DNA from: Parcubacteria group bacterium
GTDB taxonomy: Bacteria > Patescibacteriota > Minisyncoccia > SW-4-49-11
Direction: 5' to 3'
NCBI GenBank assembly: GCA_943354045.1
Contig: CALRBF010000001.1
Span: forward strand, 259,860-323,859
Length of the DNA stretch: 64,000 nt
Positions 10,159 through 20,218 of the stretch are shown in pieces. Below the pieces are notes generated by a model. That model did no database searches and was not told where the DNA came from. It saw nothing but the letters and a program-made list of their open reading frames with translations. Both the position numbers and the translations under genes were made by a program. How positions within the stretch are numbered: position 1 is the first letter of the stretch; every line of letters starts with the position of its first letter.

Positions 10159-10677
10159 TTATAAACCCAATGAAGAATCTGATAAAACATCTCCTTCTAT
10201 ATCTGTATCTATACTTTGTACTTCTGCACTAATGGCATCAGCCTGCACCTTAGTATCTGTAGATACGGGAGTAGTATCAAGAGTACTTTGTGTATTAGCT
10301 GGAGTGGTTGCAGGTAATATAGATGCATCCTCTACAGGCTTATCCTGATCTTGATAATATCGATATACACTTACGGCTCCTATTACAAGCGCAAAGAATA
10401 CTAAGAATACTACTACTCCCCATAATAATGGTCGAGTTACTACTTCTTTTTTTGCTAAATTTTCTATTGGGCTTACGGGTTCAGTTACAGTAGGAGCTGG
10501 TGTTGGAACTGCTACCTCCTCAGGAGTAAATGAAGTTAGCCCAGTATTATTTTCTGGCACTGAATTAGGGGTTGAAACAGATTCAGGATTAATGGAGACT
10601 GGATTAACTGAAGCTGATATTGTGGGTTCTGATATTGTTGATTGATCTACATTATTAGTTTCAAGATTGTCGCTCAT
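10159..10677 (-). CDS. Hypothetical membrane-anchored low-complexity (P/T/S-rich) protein
   Basis: Single TM helix 'LLWGVVVFLVFFALVIGAVSVY'. Confidence 0.45.
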   Translation of the reverse strand: MSDNLETNNVDQSTISEPTISASVNPVSINPESVSTPNSVPENNTGLTSFTPEEVAVPTPAPTVTEPVSPIENLAKKEVVTRPLLWGVVVFLVFFALVIGAVSVYRYYQDQDKPVEDASILPATTPANTQSTLDTTPVSTDTKVQADAISAEVQSIDTDIEGDVLSDSSLGL

Positions 10678-10698
10678 ATGAGTACTATTATATTGATA

Positions 10699-11616
10699 TT
10701 ATTGAATTGGAGCTGTATTTGTAGCCGGGACTGTATTGGTCGGAGTTGTGGTATTACCTGATTCTGTTGAAGCTGGTTGTTGTGGTTTTATACTTCTAAG
10801 ATAAGGAATAATCGTTTCTTTCATATAAGTCCTAATGGCTTTATCCTGGCTAATAATAACCTTTAGATCAGATTTACGAGTATTCAATTCTGTTGCTGCC
10901 TTGTCTTTAGTACAAAGCTGAGCACTATCAGATTGAAGAGAAGCTATATATTTTTGGGTGAGAGTATTTAAATCAGTAACTTTTGAATTAACCTCAGCTA
11001 CATACCCATTATAGGTGGTAACATCTACACCTAATTCTGCTAATTTTACTGAAACTGATTGCAATCGAGTAATAATTTTATTATATTTACCAAGTCTTTT
11101 TTCAGCTTTTGCCTTTAATTCATTTTGATGTTCAGCAATTTTATTACTAATTTCCTGACACTTATCCTTGATTTTCTTCTCTCGCTCTGGCCCTACAGTA
11201 ATTTGCTCAGACAAAGAATCTACTGAGTCATCTTGGCCTTCATCATTTGGATTCAACCTATCTTGTTTATCTTTTTTCTCTAAATTTTGTTTTTCAGCTT
11301 CTTTTGCTTTTTCAGACATTTTTTTAGTTTGTTCTTTTTGTTTTTCTGTTAATTGCTGATTTTGCTCTTTTTGTCGCTCTAATAATTTTTGCTGAGCCTC
11401 ATTTTGATTTTCATTAGAAGGCATTTGATTAATACCTGTTTGAGACCTACCCTCTCCTGTTTTTTGTGACTGCTTCTGAAATTCAAGCTGACTTTCTTGA
11501 GCTTTTTTATCTAATTCTGAGGCTTCATCTTTAGCCAAGATGGTTTTCACCACTACAAATGAACCCCCAAGAACAATAATACTTGCGCAGATAATGGACA
11601 AAAGATGTGATTTCAT
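10699..11616 (-). CDS. Hypothetical secreted or anchored coiled-coil protein (Q/E/K-rich)
   Basis: N-terminal signal/TM helix; long charged coiled-coil-like stretch. Confidence 0.45.
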   Translation of the reverse strand: MKSHLLSIICASIIVLGGSFVVVKTILAKDEASELDKKAQESQLEFQKQSQKTGEGRSQTGINQMPSNENQNEAQQKLLERQKEQNQQLTEKQKEQTKKMSEKAKEAEKQNLEKKDKQDRLNPNDEGQDDSVDSLSEQITVGPEREKKIKDKCQEISNKIAEHQNELKAKAEKRLGKYNKIITRLQSVSVKLAELGVDVTTYNGYVAEVNSKVTDLNTLTQKYIASLQSDSAQLCTKDKAATELNTRKSDLKVIISQDKAIRTYMKETIIPYLRSIKPQQPASTESGNTTTPTNTVPATNTAPIQ

Positions 11617-11914
11617 ATATTAGTTTTATGTATATAATCAAGTATAGCACTCCCCAAAAACTTGTCAAGAATTCACACCCCGAGAGCCTCTCTTAACTCA
11701 TCACTCACTTTCCAGGTCGGGGTAAAGAGATATTAATAGTACTAGATTTAGTTGGGATACTATTATATGAGAGAGTTCTTTTATGTTGTTTTACATAAAA
11801 TGTATAGGGACTATTATTTTTGATAATAAAACTAATATAATTATAGTGATTGGTATATATGTATTTATATTTATATATATATTTAGTCTAAATGTGTTTT
11901 TAAAACTTTTATGC

Positions 11915-13753
11915 TTATTGAGCAACTTCTCTTACATCTCTATTGCCAAGATAAATTACTTTTGCCTTAGCCGTATAAAGATTATCATATGGCTCATCAG
12001 TCATTTCTACAACAAATTCTGATGCACCTATTATCGCCTCACTTACATTTGTTTTGGGATCAACAACTAATTCAACATCCCAGAAGGCGTTAGTAGTACC
12101 TGAGGCATCAGCCACCTTAACTATTTCCTCAGGAGAAGTCAACCTATACCCTTTAGGGATTTTTGCAAGTTTATACTTATGTGTATCATTCAAGTTTGCA
12201 CCTTTTGTATTAGCTAGTATTTTAGTTTTTCTAAATTTATTATAAACGATAGTTGGCTTAGCTGACGCTGCCAAAGTAACTGTTTGATCTGGATATATTG
12301 TAAATGCTTTACTAGCAGAAACTGATACTGATCCACCATAAGGATTACCTGGGTAGCTTCTCTTACAATCATCTGTATTTGAACCTGATGAGCAGTTTAT
12401 ACTAAGACTACATGTTAATGTACTCGTATAATCACCGGGCTTTAGTCGACTTGGATCATAGCTAATTGTATAGTCTGCATTCTGATCTACCTTTTCAAGA
12501 TATTGTCCTGTTGCACCATTAATAGGTAAGAAGTCTACAATTTGCTTGCCTTGTTTAAAGTCAATATTCAATCCGCTTTTAGAAAGAAATGGTATAACTT
12601 CTCCCGAAGAATTTTTTGTTTCTATATTACAACTTCCAGCATTAGCATTCTCTATTTGCCAAGATTTTCTAATTGGACTATTTCGATAAATCAGTTGACT
12701 TGGTCTATCTCTATGATTAATTAGATATGAGTTTAGAGTAATATTGGGCTGTTGCACTCTTGGAGTATAGGTAAAGTAATGCACTCTATGGCATTCTCTC
12801 CAAAATGGAAATGGGGACCAACAGGGAGCATCTCGTCGATAACTACTGTATACCATTTCATAGTTAAATGCTAATTTTAATGTTTCATAACTATTATTAT
12901 AAAATGTGCTAAAAAAAGAATATGGTCCTGGCTTTGCATTGTCGGAGCGTATACCATATTGATACAAACCACCCCATCTATATTGATTAGGGGCTGCATT
13001 TTGTAATATAGTGCTATGATCTGTAAATGCTTGATAAGGACTAGCAATTGCACCTATTGTTGTAAAACCTGGATAAGCACCAAAATTAACAGCTCCATTA
13101 TTGCATTCTGCATATACTCCTTTTACATTACCACAATCTTTGACAGCTGTCATATTATTAAAGGACCAATTTACTCTTTCTAGACGCTCTTCACTGACAC
13201 TACTCGGATAGGCACAAACATTATACTTAGGAGTAGAAGGTTGAACAGGGCGGTTCAAGAGAAACTGGTACCAGGAAGATGTACTAGTCGGAGGAGGAGT
13301 GTTATAATCAAGTATAGCTTTTAATATAGTATCACAGCTATAAGATCCATGTGTAGTCATACCCTTTACAGTATATTTACCATTACTTGAAATTGAAGCA
13401 TCTAGACCATTAATATTATATTGTGAAAGTCTTTCTACGTAAGAAACTGGCACATCTGTACATACAAAAGGTTGGGGTGGCTGTTCAGCAGGAGCTGTAC
13501 ATTTAGTTAAACTCGAGCAGTATTGTGGAAAAGCCACGCAAAGGAACTTACTCCAGTTGTTTTGGATTGAAGCCAAACAATTTGTACATTCGCCACACTT
13601 ATTACATTTAGATGTTTGTTGCTGCTGCTGTTGTTGCTGTTGTTGCCTCCCATGCACAACATTAAAGGTACCCGCAAATGATATCAAACCTATGGCGACG
13701 AACGATGCAAGCAATATAAACAGCTTTGGGTTTTTATTTAACTGTTTTACCAT
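11915..13753 (-). CDS. Hypothetical secreted Cys-containing protein with a poly-Q tract
   Basis: Signal peptide; Q11 tract encoded by an imperfect CAG/CAA run (13614-13646); 'CNKCGECTNC'. Confidence 0.5.
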   Translation of the reverse strand: MVKQLNKNPKLFILLASFVAIGLISFAGTFNVVHGRQQQQQQQQQQTSKCNKCGECTNCLASIQNNWSKFLCVAFPQYCSSLTKCTAPAEQPPQPFVCTDVPVSYVERLSQYNINGLDASISSNGKYTVKGMTTHGSYSCDTILKAILDYNTPPPTSTSSWYQFLLNRPVQPSTPKYNVCAYPSSVSEERLERVNWSFNNMTAVKDCGNVKGVYAECNNGAVNFGAYPGFTTIGAIASPYQAFTDHSTILQNAAPNQYRWGGLYQYGIRSDNAKPGPYSFFSTFYNNSYETLKLAFNYEMVYSSYRRDAPCWSPFPFWRECHRVHYFTYTPRVQQPNITLNSYLINHRDRPSQLIYRNSPIRKSWQIENANAGSCNIETKNSSGEVIPFLSKSGLNIDFKQGKQIVDFLPINGATGQYLEKVDQNADYTISYDPSRLKPGDYTSTLTCSLSINCSSGSNTDDCKRSYPGNPYGGSVSVSASKAFTIYPDQTVTLAASAKPTIVYNKFRKTKILANTKGANLNDTHKYKLAKIPKGYRLTSPEEIVKVADASGTTNAFWDVELVVDPKTNVSEAIIGASEFVVEMTDEPYDNLYTAKAKVIYLGNRDVREVAQ

Positions 13754-13817
13754 ATTGGTTTTAGTTTTGAATTATAAAAATATTATAACACTGAATACAG
13801 TTTTTTTTCAAACAAAC

Positions 13818-14105
13818 CTATATTCCTAGAGCCTCTCTTAATTCGTCACTCACTTTCCAAGGAGGAGTAAAAGTTACATTAATAGTGATAGAATGGGGTT
13901 TAAGAATAGTAAGAGCTGTTTTTAATTCTGCTTGTATGCGGCCCCCAAATGGACAAAGTGGCGTAGTATATGTCATCAAAATAGTAATATCATCCTGCTC
14001 GCTAATGGTAATATCATAAATTAGGCCAATAGTATAAATATCTATATTAATTTCTGGATCTTGAATTGTTTTGCATACTGATATAATATCTTCTTTTGTA
14101 ATCAT
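13818..14105 (-). CDS. sufT: SufT-like Fe-S assembly protein (DUF59/MIP18)
   Basis: 95 aa with 'TPLCPFGG' DUF59 signature; ATGA overlap with sufC. Confidence 0.7.
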   Translation of the reverse strand: MITKEDIISVCKTIQDPEINIDIYTIGLIYDITISEQDDITILMTYTTPLCPFGGRIQAELKTALTILKPHSITINVTFTPPWKVSDELREALGI

Positions 14106-14815
14106 ATATATGCATTATATCCTTGTGATTGAATCCGAGATAAAACTTGAATATCACCCTTTTCTACCACAATACCATTTTTGATTACTGTCACTTTATT
14201 AGGTATAAGTTCTAATTGTCCTTGATGAGTAATAATAATAAAAGTCATACCATTTTGATTCAATTGTTTGAGCTCTGATGACATTAATTTGAGAGCATCG
14301 ATATCAAGTCCGGAATCAGGCTCATCTAATATTGCTAATTGAGGCTTCAAGATAAGTAATTGTAATAATTCTAAGCGCTTTCGTTCTCCTCCGGAAAACC
14401 CCTCATTAACCCCTCGGGATAAAATTGATTCATCAAGCCCAAGCCTCTTCACCTCCTCAACCACTCGGGTACGGAATTCTAATACATTTACTGGTCCATT
14501 CATAGCTTGATAGGCATTTTTGATAAGGCTTAAAATACTTACTCCCCGTATAGCTGGAGGATATTGCATAGATAAAAATAGTCCTAATTTAGCTCGCTTA
14601 TCTGGAGATAACTCTACAATATTCTCATTTTTAAAAAATATATTTCCTTCAATATTATATTCTGGATATCCCGCAATAGCTAAAGCCAGAGTGCTTTTAC
14701 CACTTCCATTTGGCCCCATGAGATAATGGATATTTCCCTCATCTATATCAATTGATATATCCTTGATAATACTTTTCTCATCTTTTTTGATGATTATATG
14801 TTCTAATTTTAGCAT
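14102..14815 (-). CDS. sufC: Fe-S assembly ATPase SufC
   Basis: Walker A 'GPNGSGKST'; ABC signature; stop TGA. Confidence 0.88.
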   Translation of the reverse strand: MLKLEHIIIKKDEKSIIKDISIDIDEGNIHYLMGPNGSGKSTLALAIAGYPEYNIEGNIFFKNENIVELSPDKRAKLGLFLSMQYPPAIRGVSILSLIKNAYQAMNGPVNVLEFRTRVVEEVKRLGLDESILSRGVNEGFSGGERKRLELLQLLILKPQLAILDEPDSGLDIDALKLMSSELKQLNQNGMTFIIITHQGQLELIPNKVTVIKNGIVVEKGDIQVLSRIQSQGYNAYI

Positions 14816-14850
14816 AAACTATATTACCCAATTGACTTATTAATTATTCT

Positions 14851-15210
14851 TTATATTATCATCTCTTGGGCAGTGCGTAAAGCTAAAGTTACACATTTTA
14901 TACGCGTATTTTCCATATCAATACCAAGCCATTGATATAATTGTTCGGCTGAAATAGTGGAGATCTCAGCAATAGATAGCCCTTTCAATCTCTCAGTGGT
15001 AATAGAGGCTCCCGCAATACACAAAGCACAACCAACTCCGTCAAAACTCGCCCCCACAATAATTTCATCCTGAATATCTAAATATAATTTAATATCATCA
15101 CCACAATTAGGATTAAACCCCTGTTGATGATGTGTATAATGATTTAATTTCCCTTTATTGAGGGGGTTGCGATATAAATCAAGTATATATTCTCTATATA
15201 TATCATCCAT
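14851..15210 (-). CDS. sufU: SufU/IscU-like sulfur acceptor scaffold
   Basis: 'NCGDDIKLY...GVGCALCIAGAS...ERLKG' conserved Cys triad. Confidence 0.75.
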   Translation of the reverse strand: MDDIYREYILDLYRNPLNKGKLNHYTHHQQGFNPNCGDDIKLYLDIQDEIIVGASFDGVGCALCIAGASITTERLKGLSIAEISTISAEQLYQWLGIDMENTRIKCVTLALRTAQEMII

Positions 15211-15211
15211 A

Positions 15212-16414
15212 TTATTGAAATTTGTGATAAATACTATCTAATTCTCGCATTAATATATCAATTTCCTCTACCGTATTATATATCCCAAATGTTACCCGTA
15301 TACTGCCCGCTATACCCAGTTTTTCGGTAATACCACTCGCACAATGTTGCCCTGCTCTCACGCAAATACTTTGCTTGGCCAGTAAATAAGAAATATCATG
15401 CGTATGTATACCCTTAATGGTAAAAGCAAAGCATCCAATACGAGGAATGCTCTTTTCTCCACCCAATAATTCTATCCATGGACGTGAGACAATTTGCTGC
15501 CACATATATTGAATTAATTCTTGCTCATGATTTTGAATGAATTCCCAACCAATATCTTGAGTCCATTGTATGGCTCGGGCAAGCCCAATTACCTCGGCAA
15601 TGGGTGGGGTTCCCGCCTCAAATCTCTGTGGAATGGGAGCGTATTCCATAGTATCTAAGGTCACATATTCAACCATATCTCCACCAGTTCGATGGGGTTT
15701 GAGATTTTGTAATAATGTATAATTTACCCATAATACTCCTATACCTGTAGGTCCATATAATTTATGCCCCGAAAATGCATAGGCATCTATCCCCAAATCA
15801 GATACGGAAATCGGTATATGAGCAACAGCCTGGGCTCCATCTACTATACATAGAGCCCCTACTTTATGAGCTTTATCTGAGATTTTCTTCGCATCATGAA
15901 TAGTTCCGAGTACATTAGATATATGTCCTATAACTACTAAAGCTGTCTTCTCATCAATAGCAGCTAGAAGGGCTAGCTCATCTAAAATACCTCCTTTAAG
16001 CCCAATATATCGTATTTCTAAACCTTGCCTGCGCGCAAATTCTCGCCATGGAAGCATATTACTATGATGCTCAGTCACAGGAATAATAATATTTTGGCCC
16101 TTTTCAAATCTATCTTGTAGGAGTTCTGCAAGCATATTAATACCATCCGTAGTACCTCGCGTAAAAATAACTTCTTCAGGTCGATTAGCCCCAATAAATT
16201 GAGCTATTGTCTCGCGAGCATTCTCATATTCTGTAGTTGCCCTCTCGGAGAAATCATATAATCCTCTATGAATATTAGAGCGATATTCCCTGTAATACGT
16301 ATTCATAGCATCCAAAACTACATTAGGCGTAAGAGCGGACGCGCCTGAATCAAGATAAATAATATCCTGAATCAATGGTGAAAATTCTAATCTAATAGTG
16401 TCAATTAACTTCAT
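15212..16414 (-). CDS. sufS: Cysteine desulfurase SufS
   Basis: PLP lysine context 'SGHKLYGPTGIG'; 'RAGQHCA' active-site loop. Confidence 0.88.
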   Translation of the reverse strand: MKLIDTIRLEFSPLIQDIIYLDSGASALTPNVVLDAMNTYYREYRSNIHRGLYDFSERATTEYENARETIAQFIGANRPEEVIFTRGTTDGINMLAELLQDRFEKGQNIIIPVTEHHSNMLPWREFARRQGLEIRYIGLKGGILDELALLAAIDEKTALVVIGHISNVLGTIHDAKKISDKAHKVGALCIVDGAQAVAHIPISVSDLGIDAYAFSGHKLYGPTGIGVLWVNYTLLQNLKPHRTGGDMVEYVTLDTMEYAPIPQRFEAGTPPIAEVIGLARAIQWTQDIGWEFIQNHEQELIQYMWQQIVSRPWIELLGGEKSIPRIGCFAFTIKGIHTHDISYLLAKQSICVRAGQHCASGITEKLGIAGSIRVTFGIYNTVEEIDILMRELDSIYHKFQ

Positions 16415-16468
16415 ATACTCTAGTATATAATATATGGTATAATAAGTGTAGAGTAAATATAAAGTTAT

Positions 16469-17722
16469 ATGGAAACCCTAAGACCCATACAAGAACAAGA
16501 AAAACCGTTTTCTGAGTATTCATTGACGGAAATTATAGATGAGATATATACTTCAAACGCTGAGGGAGGGGATGGAGATTTAAGACAAGATTTAGACAAT
16601 ATATCCTTTCAAAAAGAAAAGGAATCTGAGATATTACAACAACTTATAATCTCCTCTGAGGAGCAATCTTCTAATACAAGATATCAAAGACAAATCCATA
16701 TTTTAAAACAAAAATTAGAAGAAATTCAATCATCTCAAAAAGTATATGAGGCTTGCCAAGAGTTGAATTCATATCATTTAGAAGGTAGTTTAGAATTAGA
16801 AGGTGATTCTGTAGAATTTTTATTAGAAAGATATCGTACATATCAGACACTTTTAAATTCTTTAGATGAATCAGAATCTAGTCTTGCCAAAACAGATATT
16901 AAAGCTATTATGGATATTTATTATGCCAAGATTTTAGAAATAATAGCTGAAACTGGAATTGATAAAAAATATGGATTTGGATTTGCTGAAGGAAGAGAGA
17001 TGTCAATAGAATATCTTAGTGATTTAATAATCCCAGATACCGAAAACCCAGAATTTGCTAGATATAAAGAAAGGTCTAGTAAAATAACTCAAGGGAATGC
17101 TAGGTTTTTAACTGAAGGGGAAGAAACAACTACTCAAGATGATTTAAAATGCGCGGAATCAGAAAGAATAGTCACTGAAGAATTATCCCAAGTTCCAGGA
17201 GTGCTAGCTACCATAGACATACCTAAATTTTCAATTGGGGATACCCGGCACAAAGCTGACACTATAGCAATTACTCTTAATCCAGAATTAGTAGATTCTA
17301 TTACTGATCAAGAGATTCAATTAGCAATATATAAAATGATAGAAGCGTATAGAGTAGCTTTATTAGATCATATGATGAAACAAGATGAAAACTCTCTTAT
17401 AAACCCTAGAGACAATATTTTAGGAGATATTATTAGGGTAAATCGTAATATAAAATTAGATAATATTGCTGCTAATTTAAAAGAAAAGGATATAGATTTG
17501 TCACAAATTTTAAGAATTCACAAAATACAAATCAAAACTCAAGCAAGTGAAATGTCCATAACAGCAGAAAAATACAAAGCTAGTAAAATGGCGGTTAGCC
17601 CAGATAAAGTTGGTTTTTTGGCTAGAGAATATCATCCATCAGGAGATCCTCAAGCTGAGGAATTTAATCGATTGCATTTTCAAATTGCAGCTCAAACAGT
17701 TTTGGGAATATCTATAAAATAA
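16469..17722 (+). CDS. Hypothetical acidic protein (no recognisable domain)
   Basis: 417-aa ORF inserted between the two suf blocks on the opposite strand. Confidence 0.45.
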   Translation: METLRPIQEQEKPFSEYSLTEIIDEIYTSNAEGGDGDLRQDLDNISFQKEKESEILQQLIISSEEQSSNTRYQRQIHILKQKLEEIQSSQKVYEACQELNSYHLEGSLELEGDSVEFLLERYRTYQTLLNSLDESESSLAKTDIKAIMDIYYAKILEIIAETGIDKKYGFGFAEGREMSIEYLSDLIIPDTENPEFARYKERSSKITQGNARFLTEGEETTTQDDLKCAESERIVTEELSQVPGVLATIDIPKFSIGDTRHKADTIAITLNPELVDSITDQEIQLAIYKMIEAYRVALLDHMMKQDENSLINPRDNILGDIIRVNRNIKLDNIAANLKEKDIDLSQILRIHKIQIKTQASEMSITAEKYKASKMAVSPDKVGFLAREYHPSGDPQAEEFNRLHFQIAAQTVLGISIK

Positions 17723-17726
17723 AAAC

Positions 17727-18065
17727 TTGCCAATATTGTTTTTATATGTTAATGTATATTTCCATTTGAGGATAATTTTGAACTATCAACAATTTCTTGA
17801 AATTTGGCCAAATTTATTTGCTATATTTGAAACAGTAAATAGAATTAATCCTCCTGACTTAACTATAAGTCTCAGTTCTCATTGGAAATACCATCCTAAC
17901 TTCACTGACTCCAAAATCTATGGGATAAATGGAGAGTTAATTGGTAGCGAAAATTGCTACTTTATATTACCCTGTAATCAAAATGGATTCCCTATAAATC
18001 CACCAACCATTTTATTGAAAGAATGGCGAGACATCAGACAATACCTATCATCCACCCCGCACTGA
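17727..18065 (+). CDS. Hypothetical protein
   Basis: 112 aa, 4 nt after the previous ORF, followed by a terminator. Confidence 0.35.
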   Translation: MPILFLYVNVYFHLRIILNYQQFLEIWPNLFAIFETVNRINPPDLTISLSSHWKYHPNFTDSKIYGINGELIGSENCYFILPCNQNGFPINPPTILLKEWRDIRQYLSSTPH

Positions 18066-18080
18066 GCGGGGTATTTTTTT
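18053..18080 (+). terminator. Rho-independent terminator
   Basis: 'ccccgc actga gcgggg' followed by T8. Confidence 0.6.
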
Positions 18081-18098
18081 ATCACATAACGATATTAT

Positions 18099-18752
18099 TT
18101 AATACTCCAAAAAGCCCTCAATAATACTATTTTGAGCTAATTCTCTCGTTAATCCCCGACTCATCAAATAAAATATATCTGTCTCTCGTATTGGATGTAT
18201 AGAAACTCCGTGTCTCGCATTACTATTATCTGTAGCGACTCTGAGTTCGGGGATAATTTCAAGTTTAGGCCTTTCGGTTAATAGTATTATCTCTGCTGAT
18301 TGCATAGCCTCGCAGTGGGATATGGTCGCAGGGATAGTGATAATGGTATGTTGTTTTAATGGATGAGAAGTCTCTATAATGTGTCGTGAATCTACTTTTG
18401 ATTTGGTATAGGGAGCCTGATGAGCAATAGTAATGGCATTATTTGATTCTCTATTACTTTTTACTCTTGATATATAATCTATATTAGCATAAGGCTCTAT
18501 AAGCTCAATATTCCAATGTATATTACCCGACCAAGATTCTTTTTCTCTAATTTCTATTTGGCTTCCTTTTGTCGCAATAATATGAATACTATGATTATAA
18601 TCTGCCTCTGGGATTATAATATTAAGCTGAGCTTGCTCTCCAATATGAATAATAGTCTCTGGGGAAAGTATATTCAGAGATAATTCTTCTTTATTGCGAG
18701 ATTTAATCACTATATATTGTCCTGTTGATTGCTGTGTGCTAAAAATTGCCAT
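18099..18752 (-). CDS. sufD: SufD-like (SufBD family) protein, short
   Basis: 217 aa; C-terminus resembles SufB/D 'HGVSIHPIRETDIFYLMSRGLTRELAQNSIIEGF'. Confidence 0.6.
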   Translation of the reverse strand: MAIFSTQQSTGQYIVIKSRNKEELSLNILSPETIIHIGEQAQLNIIIPEADYNHSIHIIATKGSQIEIREKESWSGNIHWNIELIEPYANIDYISRVKSNRESNNAITIAHQAPYTKSKVDSRHIIETSHPLKQHTIITIPATISHCEAMQSAEIILLTERPKLEIIPELRVATDNSNARHGVSIHPIRETDIFYLMSRGLTRELAQNSIIEGFLEY

Positions 18753-18753
18753 A

Positions 18754-20133
18754 TTATATTGCTGAATCTATAATTTCAAGTTCAATCAGGCGATTTAGCT
18801 CAATTGCATATTCCAGAGGCAAGGCTTTTACTACCGGTTCTATAAAGCCATTGACTATCATTTTGCGAGCCTCGGCTTCAGTCATTCCTCGACTCATCAA
18901 ATAAAATATCTCTTCATCCCCTACTCGTCCAACTCGAGCTTCATGACCGATTTGAGCATCTGCCGTTTCAACCTTCATCACGGGATAGGTATCGGATTTG
19001 GCTCCATCATTCATCAGGAGAGCATCACAGACAATATGAGACTCGCTGTGACTAGCATTTGGAGTAATTCTCACCAAACCGCGATAGGATGAAATTCCAT
19101 TATCTTGACTAATACTTTTGGCACTAATGGTGGATTTAGTATAGGGGGCTGCATGTATTACCTTTGAGCCTGTATCTTGCTCTTGCCCCTCTCCTGCAAA
19201 GGCTATCCCAAGGCTATCTGAGCGAGCATATTCTCCCCTCAATATACTACAAGGATATAACATTGTCACACCACTACCCATATTCCCATTTAGCCACTCA
19301 ATAGTTCCATAAGCATCCACGAGAGCTCTTTTGGTATTGAGATTATAGGTATTTTTACTCCAATTTTCAATACTAATATATTTAACTGTAGCTCCTTTAT
19401 GCACAAATATTTCCACTCCCCCCGCATGAAGAGCTGAGGCATTCCATCTTGGAGCAGAACAGCCCTCAATATAAGTAAGCTCTGAGCCTTCATCTGCAAT
19501 AATAAGGGTATGCTCAAATTGCCCCCCAGCCTCCATATTCATCCGAAAATAGGCTTGTAATGGTAATTCTACTTTTACCCCCTTTGGCACATAGATAAAT
19601 GTCCCACCACTCCATACCGCCGCATGCAGCATAATGAATTTATGATCATTGATAGGAATACATTGAGTCATAAAATATTTTTTGACCAAATCGGGATATT
19701 CCTGTAATGCGGTATCCATATTTTCGAATATAACCCCCTTATCTTTTAAATCTTGCTTGAGATTATGATATATCATATCTGAGTCATATTGAGCTCCCAC
19801 CCCTCCTAGAGCCTGTTTTTCAGCCTCAGGAATGCCTAATTTATCAAAAGTGTCTCGTATGTCCTGTGGCACATCATCCCAAGTCTTAGCCTCTTCTGTA
19901 TCTGGTCTACTAAAATAAATAATTTGCTCTAAATCTAATCCCTCCAAATTAGGTCCCCAATTTGGGAGTCCCGTTTGTTGATATAATTCAAAGGCTTTGA
20001 GCCGTTTTTCCAACATCCAATTAGGTTCATTTTTTTGGCGAGAAATCTCTTGTATTACCTCAATTCTCAATCCCGGTTTTGTTTGGAATTTTCCTTTATG
20101 TGAACTGGAATTATCATATACTGTTCTGTCCAT
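18754..20133 (-). CDS. sufB: Fe-S assembly protein SufB
   Basis: 459 aa; 'EARVGRVGDEEIFYLMSRGMTEAEARKMIVNGF' conserved C-terminus. Confidence 0.88.
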   Translation of the reverse strand: MDRTVYDNSSSHKGKFQTKPGLRIEVIQEISRQKNEPNWMLEKRLKAFELYQQTGLPNWGPNLEGLDLEQIIYFSRPDTEEAKTWDDVPQDIRDTFDKLGIPEAEKQALGGVGAQYDSDMIYHNLKQDLKDKGVIFENMDTALQEYPDLVKKYFMTQCIPINDHKFIMLHAAVWSGGTFIYVPKGVKVELPLQAYFRMNMEAGGQFEHTLIIADEGSELTYIEGCSAPRWNASALHAGGVEIFVHKGATVKYISIENWSKNTYNLNTKRALVDAYGTIEWLNGNMGSGVTMLYPCSILRGEYARSDSLGIAFAGEGQEQDTGSKVIHAAPYTKSTISAKSISQDNGISSYRGLVRITPNASHSESHIVCDALLMNDGAKSDTYPVMKVETADAQIGHEARVGRVGDEEIFYLMSRGMTEAEARKMIVNGFIEPVVKALPLEYAIELNRLIELEIIDSAI

Positions 20134-20218
20134 AATTTGCTACTAGTCAAAATATCTTCTTATGTTATACTATAGCAAAGTAATGCAATTATCTCAATTA
20201 GTTAAGTTATATTGACGT

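Noticed and set aside
13614-13646. CAG/CAA tract (poly-Q) as an on/off phase-variation switch
   Set aside because: The repeat is imperfect (mixed CAA/CAG) and a multiple of three, so slippage would change Q-number rather than frame. At most it is a length polymorphism.
14102-14105. Alternative genetic code (UGA recoded, as in SR1/Gracilibacteria)
   Set aside because: Long housekeeping ORFs are intact in the standard code. TGA serves as the sufC stop in a canonical ATGA start/stop overlap with sufT.
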